From contig NW_026250406.1 in the NCBI RefSeq assembly GCF_024521635.1, forward strand, positions 930,001 through 994,000: a DNA stretch of 64,000 nt, written 5' to 3'. How positions within the stretch are numbered: the first letter of the stretch is position 1; the number at the start of each line of letters is the position of its first letter. The notes under the pieces are model-generated. The model ran no database searches, was not told the DNA's origin, and saw nothing but the letters and a program-made list of their open reading frames with translations. This stretch comes from Tricharina praecox. Lineage: Eukaryota. Positions 36,935-47,292 of the stretch are shown here, one piece after another. Both the position numbers and the translations under genes were made by a program.

Positions 36935-39900
36935 CTCGCCCCGCCCAATCGGCATCAAGAGTTTCGTTTCAGACCAGGTAACTACACGCACCGGATTGTC
37001 TCGTTTCGTGTGCCCGGCCGGCTGGCTAATACCTCCCCCCGGGATATCCAACCGACTCTGTGGGTTGGATGGGATATCTGCAGTATAAAACGCTTCAAAT
37101 CTCTCGTGCCGGCTGGAAACATTCAACTTTCAAGCCGGCCAATAGGTACAAAGTCCTCGCGGAAATCAGTGAATGATTGTCAGAATACCTCTGTCAGAGG
37201 CCAGAGCGGCGGCGGCGTGTGTAGACGCCCAGTCCATCCCAGCTCAGCTCAGCAGCCTTCCTTCCGCATCGATTCGAAACGTGATAGTCGGAGTATGTAA
37301 AGTCATACCCACCCTAGTTACAAACTCTACATACTCGTAACGGAACTCGCAGGATCTACATACTACTAGTTATAACTAACCCTAACCGCGACAAGACATC
37401 AACAAACAACAAACACATGTCGTCCGCCGCCTCACAGGTCCCACCGTCCCAGTCAGTTTCCAAGCCCGAGCTTGACTAATCTCCGCTCCCTCCCTCCCGT
37501 GAATCGGTACCAGCGATCGGGGGTCAGGAACACAGAGTACATACTCTACTTGGTCCTGTTCCGCCCCCGCCGCGGATCGGACCGAGACCTTGGTGCTGGC
37601 AGATGGCTGCGACTGCGACTGTGGCTGCGTACATAGACACCCAGGACCACCTGGTTGCTGGACTCTGACCCGGGGACCGACCGACCGAACATACCAGCCT
37701 GCCTGACCTCTGCAGTCTGCAGCCCACCCGGCGTATGTACGTACATACGTATCGATGATGTGTTCCTACACCCAACACCAAACACTAAACACGGTGGTGC
37801 ACACGCGGGGGGGTGGGAGAGTGAGTGCGCTGCTGGGCGGGGATGGGGATGGAGGGGCCATGGATTGGAAAGTAGGTATAGTAACTAGAGCAGACAGCGC
37901 CGTCCACATGGGGGAAAATCGACTTGTGCCATATGCGAATCCGATCGAGATTTGGGAGGGCGATCTGGGAAACGAAACTAAACTGTGCGTGCGTGAGGCC
38001 GTCGGGGTAGAGTACATATATATCCCGGCGGGGATGGGTTCCTGCTGGCTGACAATTGGCTGGTCCGCTGGAGGATGGGTGCTGGGTGCTGGGTGATGGG
38101 TGGTGGGTCAGTGGTCACCTTCTTCCGCCCCCATGGCTGGAATGCGGGTGTTAACTCCTTATCCTCATCCTCCTGCTCCTGCTCCTGCTGCCCCCTCCGA
38201 GCTGGAGTCCCTCGCTGGAGTCCCTCACTAGTCACCGCCGTGTCGTTTGCGCACTCTCGCCAGCGGGGAGGGGGAGCAGATCCTCCGTGCGTGCGTGTGA
38301 GCGATCCAATGACCTACGGTCATCATCACTCGGTGGGGAAACGAATCTGTCGTTCCGAAGTCAGAAAAATGACGTGTTTACTTGGATATATGAAGAAATT
38401 GGATGTTCACTCACCCAGCTCAGCTCACCCACCCACCCACCCACCCACCCACCTACCTACCCACGGCCGTGCGGATGCCATATGCTAAATGCCAAATGCC
38501 AAATGAATGCCAACCTCGAGCTCGGGAGCATCTGTAGATCCTCTCCAGCAGGGAGCAGGCAGGAGCAGCAGGGAGGAGGAGCGGCGCCACATCACTTACC
38601 GCGTAGGCTGTCCCCGTCTGCCTGCCTGTCTGCTGCTTGTCGTTTGGTGACTAGGTGCAGTGCAGTGCAGTGTGCGAGATCTCAAGATCTCTTGCAGTCC
38701 GTCACCCCTCCACTCCACTCGCATTCCTATTCCCTACATCTTCTAGCATTACTGCCACCCCCCCCCCCCCCCCCCCTCCCTCCCTCCCTCCCTCTCCTAG
38801 GTATGGGTATGGCCCACCAAAACCCGACACATACACGGCAGTCAAGTCGAGCTCCCCCCTCCCCCCGCAAGTCCGTGTATGGTGTATGCTGTTTCCGATC
38901 GTCAGATAAATATTCGATTCCCTCCGATCGTATGTGTGTATAATGTATGTACATACTGTACTTGCCGTCGATAGATAGATAGATAGATAGCAGCAGCAGC
39001 CGGCGCAGAGATAAACACCTAACACCTACACAACACACACAACACCTACGGAAGTGGAACGCAAAGACAGTAGAGTACTGGTACCAGTACCAGTACAGTC
39101 ACTTCCGTGACCAGGCAGGCGGGCTCCACTTACCACCATAGGTACATGTTCTCTCATCCCCAGGCCCATCCATCCCACCTCCCCCGCCTCCTCCCGTCGG
39201 GGTCGTGGGGTAGGAGAAGGGGGCATATTTTGTCTTGCCTGGCTAATTATTATTATTTATCGCTGTGAAGGATCGCTGCATCGGTGTATCGGTGGGTTGG
39301 TGTGCGCCGAGAACCGTGTCCTGTCCTGTGCTGTCCAGGCTGTCCGATATCTACATAACGGAGTGGGTGGGTTGGGTGCACACGAACGAACGAGCGAACG
39401 GACGCCGGGACACGGGGAGGGAGGAATTAATACTCTACACATGGTTTGATTCCCCGTCGCACACACAGATAGGTACATACACGGTGCACCCCCACGAACG
39501 GAACGGACGATTCACGGCGAGACCAGCCCAGCCCAGCCCGGTGTGGGCTGGAGGACGCCTCTGCTACATACTCTATACGCCGAGGACTTCACGAATCACG
39601 AATCACCGGTGCGAAGAAAAAGCTCGCGGCGATGGTATGTGCAGTGGCTAGGTAGAGTGGTTACGGTACACCAACATCCGCGGTTGGCGATGCATAAGCA
39701 CTCAGGCAGCTAACTGGCAAGCAGGCAAGCAGGCCGTTGCGAGCAGGGAGCCGATGGGTACATGTTGCCGGCGAGAGTAATAGCGAAGGCAGCGCATGTA
39801 TCATATACCGTATACCGTATGCTTGCTACATATCATACATACGTTGCGGATTTCATCCCCGGCCGAATCAGCGGGCGAGCAGAACCACACACGTTATGTA

Positions 39901-39995
39901 CGGCGAGAGGGAAGAGAGAGAGAGACACCCGGCATACGCAGGACCACACGTTACAGCGAGAGACACACATACACGCACATACACGCACATACACG

Positions 39996-40088
39996 CACAT
40001 CCACATCCACATCCACATCCACATCCACATCCACATCCACATCCACATCCACATCCACATCCACATCCACATCCACATCCACATCCAC
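39996..40088. repeat. (CACATC)n hexanucleotide microsatellite, about 15 units, preceded by (ACACGCACAT)x3
   Basis: Directly visible array; it is the source of the spurious poly-HP/HI/ST/WM/VD ORFs. Confidence 0.95.
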
Positions 40089-41839
40089 ACGCAGGCGTTG
40101 GCCGGCGGAACGTGCAACGGCTGGGTGTGAGGGGGTGGGATGTGGAATCCGAATCTGCGAAGCCGTTCGAGAGTAGAGTACCATACAGACATCGGAGCTC
40201 TCCTTCCTATCATAGGGGGCTACTGCTGCTACTGCTGCAGGCACAGAACTCAATGGCCGATCGCATCCCCGAGTGTAGCGTTCGTATGTAGGCGGCAAGG
40301 GCACCAGTCGATGCTCGGGCGCGAGTGCAAGCAAATGCCCCCCCCCTCCTCCCGGATGGTACCTATCCAAGCCGCAACGATTGCGTGTTATAATAGGAAA
40401 CATCGATGGCAGTGGATCGGGCAATGAGGGGCACATCCACACAGCAGAGTGCATAGTAGTTAGATGCACTTCCTCTTCTGTGGCCGTACATAGCTGTCCA
40501 TCCATCAAATGGGTTTCTCAACCGTCCCGGCATTTCCCTCTCCGTTACTTACCTTACTTACCTCTTACTTACTTTGCTAGAATAGAGTACAGTTATTGGA
40601 TTTAAACCGCAGCCGCATATACCGCACACTCGACTCAACTCGACCCGACTCGACTGTGCATTGGCGCTACGCTCGTTGGAGTCGACAATGCATACCCACC
40701 TAGGTATCCCATCTGCGTATGATATCTGCGTTGCTCTGTCGTGTGTGCTGCGCTCGTCTCTGTCCGTCTGTCCGTGTGGTGTGTGCCTGTACTGTGTGCG
40801 CCGCCAGGGAGATTTTTGGTGGTGGTGGCGGTGGTAGTGGTGGTGCTGCTGCTGAAAGTGGCCGCCAGTGGTGTGGCATCTCGCTGTCGTTGGCTGGCTG
40901 GCTGGCTGTCGTAAGACATGGGAACGACATGCAGGCAGGCATGTACGGCATGTACAGGAAACCGAAAGAAAAAAACAACCCCACCACTACCACCACCGTC
41001 GCCGCCGACTCCGCCTCGAGTGGGGTGGAGTGGAAGATTGGAATGGAATGTGATAATCAGTTGCCACTCGCGCCGCCGCTGCTGCCCGGGACGCAGCAGC
41101 CGGTCGGTCTTGGGTCTTGGGTCTTGCAGTCGCCCCTAGTTATTCCCGGTATGTAGCATGGGCATCTACCGGCAACTAGCTCGGTGAGCAGCGGCGGCGA
41201 GTGATCCCTCGTTCCTCGTCGATCCCTCCAGCCGATTCCCGATCCACCGCAATCGCGGTTGCTGACAGTTCCTGACGGCCGAGTGAGGAAAAGAGTTCGA
41301 AGAGAACGGTGAGTTGTGAGTTGCGGTTGCATCGTCCAGGGTGCATCCGGCAGGGGTTGCTCCCACTCTCTCCCTCTTCCTGTCCCTCTCTCTATCTAGA
41401 GTATCTCGGATCAACTGCTGCGCGGGTACTCTATTGGGGGTCCATCCGCATCCACGTTGCAGCGACTGCGAGCGAGCTGCAAGCGATCTTCCTGAGCGCA
41501 TATGTACCATCCATCCATACCATCCATACATACCATCCATCCATCTATACCTACCATCTATACCACATCCATACTACATCCATACCACATCCATACTACA
41601 TCCATACCACATCCACAGGGCGCTCTGCAGGCTGCAGCAGTGCAGCGTTGAAGTGCAGCGTTGATCCGATTCCTGCGCACGATCCGCTGTTTCGTGGACG
41701 ATTGAGTGCATCTGTCTGCTCGGCCATGTATGTACGGTATGTAAGAAGTACAGGTGTACTCTAGGTCTCCAGCGAAAATATCGCAGATTTGCTTCGCAGC
41801 GCGCTCTCGGTAGGGGGAGGGTGGGAAGGGGAATAGGGG

Positions 41840-41842
<3 letters not shown>

Positions 41843-41909
<67 letters not shown>
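41843..41909. repeat. (GA)n dinucleotide microsatellite, about 33 units
   Basis: Directly visible array. Confidence 0.95.
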
Positions 41910-41912
<3 letters not shown>

Positions 41913-43523
41913 GTGCACAGAGGCGAGACGAGGCGCGCAGGCGCAGGCGCGAGGGCGACGACACGTGATGTTTTCGCTGGCGGAGACGCGCGATAACTAG
42001 ACTAGGCAAGTGCTCAGGGATCCTGGGATCCGTGGATGGATGGAGCGCGGAGGGCGATATACTCCCCCACCACCACCACCACCCACCATGCAGAACGGTG
42101 CGAACAGCGAATGGGAAACGCCTCGCGGTCCCGGGGGACCAGGCGGGCCAGGAGGACGAGTTGCTGCCACCACTCACTGCCACTCACTGGTGGCTAGCCG
42201 CGCTGCACTAACATGTAACTACATGTGCATGATTATTACTCTACTTACGTGCTCATCTACTGTGTATACTCACTTACCTAATTACCACATTGTTACCACC
42301 TAGTAGAAGTAGTAACTCTAGATCTCATGCTTCCACTCTACCATACTTCACATAATACATTAGATACCGGCAGTTCATTTACGCCACTAATCACGAAGAG
42401 GTACTCTATCGATCCAACTCCGCTGCCTCTGTTTGCACTCCTCTGCACTCTTTCCTTTGCACATTGCACTCCGAGAAGCCAGAGCCGAGAATCGAGATGT
42501 CCCATCCCCCGGCCATGTGTCAGTGCGGTGCGTGCGCTGCGTGCGCCCAAATGTTCATCCGTCCCCCTCCCCCCAAAACCGATGTTCGTACACACATCCA
42601 GATCCAGGGCGAGCTCGAGGGCGGCGTGTGTGCACAGTACGGTACCTACTTGGTTACCGGTACCGTGGTCGAGACGTCCATCTCCCTGTCTGCCGAAGGG
42701 CAATACCGAAGTACTTACCGAAGTACCTGTCAGTTGTCAGTCCGATCACGACCACGACCACGACCACGACGCCAGGGAAAACATCCCGGAGCTACCAGAG
42801 TGTTTGTGCAGATTTGCTGCTGGTGGTGCTGCTGTTGGTGATAATGCTGCTGGTGATCGTGCTGTATTGTAAGTAGGTGTGTACACGCACCACCACCCTA
42901 GGGATAGTGGGATAGTGAGATAGTGAGACCCTCCTGCCGGAGATACCTGGGTATGAAGTTCTGGGACTATGGCGGCGGTGGTGGCGGCGATGAATGAGGT
43001 TTGCCCATGTAGCCCTCTCTCCAGCGTGCAGTTCCAACACGCCGAGTGACAGGGCATGAGGCGGGGCCATGCCACGCAACACAATCTCCGTGAGCTCTCC
43101 AACATCCGAAGACCGCCGACCCCCAACTTCCTCGATAGGATCCCGATGGGCTTTGGGGTTCGGGTTTTTCGGGGGTTTGCTGAATGTGTAGAGTATGTGC
43201 CTCTCCTCCTCTCCTCCCCTCCGACACCTTGGTACATACCCCCCCGCGCCGATCAGCGGATCAGCGGATTGTCCCACCCCGTGCCCCGTTCCGTCCGGTC
43301 CTGGGCCGGGCCGGGCCGGGCCGTCCATCTTTTATGTATGTATGTAGGTAATTATCCTCGCAAATTAAAATGGGATCGGCCCAATATGTACATAATGTCT
43401 GTATAGTACGGGCGGAACTTTGAGTGTGGAGGTCTGGAATGTCTTCGTATGTAAGTGCATAAGTCAGTATGTATGAGTGTAAGCCCACATCATCGTTAGT
43501 TCAAACTTTAAAGATACATGACC

Positions 43524-44610
43524 TAGACCCTCCAACAGTTAGTCAGTCGAAATGGGAACAACACTGGTGTAAACAGTTCAGTTTTGGTTGATTTTGTTCC
43601 CGGTTCAGTTGGGAACAGAGGCTAGGTAGGTATTAGTTCCTAGTTGGTTTAGGTATGTATGTCTGGCAGTTGTTCCCGGGAAAACCGGCAGAACTGTCAG
43701 TTTAGTGAATCAACTGCCAGTTCAGCCAGTTCAGCCAGTCCAGCCAGGGCAGCCAAAGTGGGCAGGATAGGTACCTAGGTACATACCCATGGTCACGGAA
43801 AAAGCGGTAGAAAATGAGTTCAATACATACAAGTTTTGAATTGTCACGGAAAAAGCGATCGAAGATGTATGTACAGTACTAGATTTGAATTACTACTTTG
43901 ATGCTACCCTGTATAGTGCCCATGGGAGCACGGCGATTGAACCTCTTGAAAGTTGATGGTGCAGTGTCAATTAAGGTTACTGACTAAACATGCACCTGAG
44001 TCAATCCGAGTCAATCTGCGTCAATCAAGATTGTTGACTCGAGATGGCACCCCGCCAACCACGCGCACGGAGATCAATGCCTTTGGCTTGGATATGTACT
44101 CTCCAGAGCTTCAACACTCTCGGTACCTGGGTCCTGGGGGATGGCGATGATCAGTCAGAACCATCTTGCACTCGGAGAAGAGCCGTTCAACCTCAGCCGC
44201 CATGGCTGGAATACATAGATAGAATGTCAATGGCCATTCGGCTGAGTTTGGGAAAATGACGTTGCTGCCGCGGTTCTACTCTAGCCACCATTCGATCGAC
44301 GCAGGACTGTTTCGAACATTACTCTCGACAGGCAATGAACAATATTCTCGAAGCTCGTCAACCGTTGGCGTCCTACTGGGCGCTGGGTTGATAGTACGTA
44401 GCGGCTCGGTGGTGGGTTGTACTAGGCGGTTGGCCGGTGGGTTTGTGGTGCAACGGGTTTGGCCCAAACTTTTAAGCCTCACTGAACTGATGGGACAAGC
44501 AGTTTTCCCAGTTCAAAACCTGGCAGTTGGTTCAGTTCACTACCCCCCAACAGTTGGTTGGTTCGGGAATAACCCCACTTTATTCCCAGTTCGAACTGTT
44601 GGAGGGTCTG
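43524..44610 (-). mobile_element. Internally deleted, non-autonomous hAT-superfamily DNA transposon (about 1.09 kb)
   Basis: Perfect 16-bp TIR: AGACCCTCCAACAGTT (43525-43540) and AACTGTTGGAGGGTCT (44594-44609), with YAG termini. Further inverted subterminal matches (TCGAAATGGGAACAA / TTATTCCCAGTTCGA; TGAATCAACTGCCAG / CTGGCAGTTGGTTCA). Many CAGTT/AACTG subterminal motifs, and an internal transposase remnant. No intact 8-bp target site duplication. Confidence 0.85.
44095..44360 (-). pseudogene. Remnant of a hAT transposase C-terminal dimerisation domain
   Basis: Minus-strand translation across a stop and frameshifts gives DELREYCSLP...IEWWLE*...HFPKLSRMAIDILS/IPAMAAEVERLFSECKMVLTDHRH...SVEALE. 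This matches the hAT dimerisation consensus WW..FP.L..MA.D.LSIPA.SA..ER.FS. Confidence 0.85.
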
Positions 44611-44786
44611 ACTTAGATATGTACCTACAGGCAGAGGATGAGATGCACGGCCATGCTTCATCGCATGTATTAGGTATATAAGCAACGTTTCGTGATTATC
44701 GTACCTATTTCATATCTACATGTGGAAAATAAAAAGAAACAAAGAAACAAGCCGCGAAAGAGCAACCACCGACTTCACTCAAAACT

Positions 44787-47292
44787 TCAAAACGCCAGTT
44801 TCCTCTGCCCCTTCTCCAGCTTCTTCGGGTCCTTCCTGCCCCTCTTCCCTTTCCCACCAGCACCAGCACCAGCACCAGCACCAGCACCGCCGCTGCTGCT
44901 GCTGCCACTGGCCTTTCCCTTAGGCACCGGCGGCGCAACCTGCGTCACTCGTTCCCTAGCGGTTGCAGCTCGGTCTTCGAGCATCAGGCTGCGCGCGAAA
45001 TGCCAGTCTTTGTGTTCGTCCTCGTCGCCGGCGGGAATCTCCGCGCCGCAGTCCGGACATCGGAATGTAGGCTGTGCATCCGCGGCGGTGGCCTCGAGTG
45101 CTTGTGCATGCCCACCACCGCCGCCGCCATCCTCGTGCACCGGTGCCGGCGCAGCAAAAAACCGTCCCGCAATATCGACCTTCCTCCGCTTTTCCTCTGT
45201 AGGCAGCCTTTCCGCCGCGCCCTCGCCGAGTCGTTTATTCGCCTCCCTCGCCTTATCGCCCTTGATCAGAAACGCGCCAATACCCCTATTCCCCTCCTCG
45301 CGATCCTGAATCCCGGCGACCTGCAGACTCAATCCGGTGCACGGCCAAACACCGGGTTCACCAGCAACCTGTCGCAACAGGCCCTCCGCCAGCCTCGCCA
45401 GCATCTCCGCTCCGATCTTCCCCGCGGGCGGGATGGAGACCTGCTTGTTCCGCGACCCCGAGTGCTTGTTCGTGAACGATATGGTCATGGTCTTGGGTCG
45501 TCGCCGGCCATCCATCACCCCCTCGTCCTCGAGCCGTGAGCAAATGTCGGCGATAAACACTTTTATCCATAGTTGGGCCGCGGCGATCGACGATGGCAAA
45601 GGGTCCCGGAAGGATTTGGCTGATAGCATGGATTTGATACCTGATTTGGGCTCCACGGCGGAGCGGTCGTGGCCCCGGATAGTGTTGTATACCCAGGTGG
45701 CGGTGTCGTCGGAGAGAAGGCTCTGGAAGGAGGCGAGTGAGACGGAGAGGAGCTCTGTGAGCGATTCGGTCTTGAAGTGCTCGGCGATCTGTGTGCCGAG
45801 TTTGCCGCCGAGATTGCGGACTGTAGGTGGTGCCGGTCCGTCAGTTGCTAAGAGGGGAATCGGTGGTGTGCCGACTTACTCTTCGTGAACTTGAATGTGG
45901 CCAGAAACGGTTCAACCGCGGATGGGCGTACTACGCTCTGCTCGCCATTCACCACATCAGCTCAGCTCGGGCTTCTTGCTCGCAACTCGTAACTCATGCC
46001 CGTCTACATACTTGTTGATTCGGCTTCTTGAACCCCGCCCCCAGTTTCGCAATCATCTTATTCCCCGCCACGCCCGCAGAACACGTATACCCCAGCTGCG
46101 TGAACACCTCATCCCTGAGGCCCCTCGTGATCTCCGCCCCAATCGCCATAGCAACATCATCCCAATCCACCTCCTCCATGAGCATCTCCCTCGTCTCTTC
46201 ATCCTCCCCCACATTCGTGACTAGATGACTCTCACTCCAGTTCAGCACCACCCCTTTCGGCGGTGCCGGCAGGAGCGCGGCATAATCGCCGTCCGGCGGC
46301 GCCCCCCGCAGCACGGGATACCGCAGCAGCAGCTGGTCGTGGATGTCGCGCGACAGGTCGAGAAACGATTCATCGATGGACGCGCGCTCGGTCCGCGCGT
46401 TCGGGCACACGGATTGGAAGATCGACAGGATCTTTTTGGACTCGGCACGGTACGGGTCGAGGCACGCTTTGCTGGTCGCCATGTCCGGCTCGCTGGATCC
46501 GTCGCCGTAGGACCAGGTGGTCTTGCCGGCTTTCCACGTTGCTACCTGGGGCGGGATGCATCGTCAGAAGTGTGTAAAGGCAAAGGGTGCAAGACGCAGC
46601 TTGGAATCGGGTGCTTACGTGCACGAGCTGGATGTCCGGACATAGTTTCCGCGCCTCGGCCGAGGTGATCTGTCGTGACTTCATCAGCCTTCATCGCTCT
46701 TTCACCCTCACCCTCCCTCCCTCCCTCCCTCCCTCCCGAATCCTCGACGACCTACATGTCTCGAAACGCCCTTCTCCCTGCTCGGGTAGTTGACCGCAAT
46801 AAGGTCTGTAGACATCCCGCGCGTAAGCCAAGTACCTACGTAGACCTACAAAAACACCCCATGATCCACGCACTCTGCCATTGCTGCACAGCGAGCGGCT
46901 GCTCGGGCGACACGCCTAGCCGTTTCATTTCACATTGCGCCTTGCACCCATATCCTATCAGCGTCGAGTCGAGCCGTGGTGGGCCGTGATGGCAGAACGG
47001 AACGGGACGCACGTACGTAGAAAGCATCGAGATCCCTATATGTAGCAGCGTTCGGATTCTAGGTATCAATCACCGCCCTCTCACTAGGTATCTCTCTCCC
47101 TCGTTCTAGGCAGGCAATAAAACAAGGAACTCACACAAGCGCGACAACGCGAAACGGCGAGTCGACGGAGTACCGCGCGAGCTGCTGCAGGTGGCGGTAG
47201 TTAAACTTTGATCTTCCCTGTGCGTCTTCGGCTTCGACTACTGTTGTTGCTGTTGCTGTTGTTACTGTTGCTGTTGCTGTCGGTGGCGACAT
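44787..47292 (-). CDS. RAD30: DNA polymerase eta (Y-family translesion polymerase), about 656 aa, 8 exons: 47292-47135, 47035-47017, 46940-46874, 46805-46756, 46669-46619, 46545-46012, 45937-45880, 45820-44787
   Basis: Spliced product has SKFNYRHL..SPFRVVALVDLDAFYAQCE, PLAVQQWQNLIAVNY, ACLDPYRAES, ERASIDESFLD, YTCSAGVAGNKMIAKLGAGFKKPNQQ and RNLGGKLG, a UBZ finger (CPDC..HKDWH) and a C-terminal PIP-like KGQRKLAF. All 7 introns are GT-AG, and exon lengths sum to 1971 nt, in frame. Confidence 0.95.

Noticed and set aside
1305..43488. Hundreds of 60-275 aa ORFs in the ORF track across the desert (poly-[16 protein letters not shown], poly-P, poly-V and others)
   Set aside because: They are translations of microsatellites and stop-poor GC-rich sequence, overlap in many frames, often start at non-ATG codons and show no domain or splice support.
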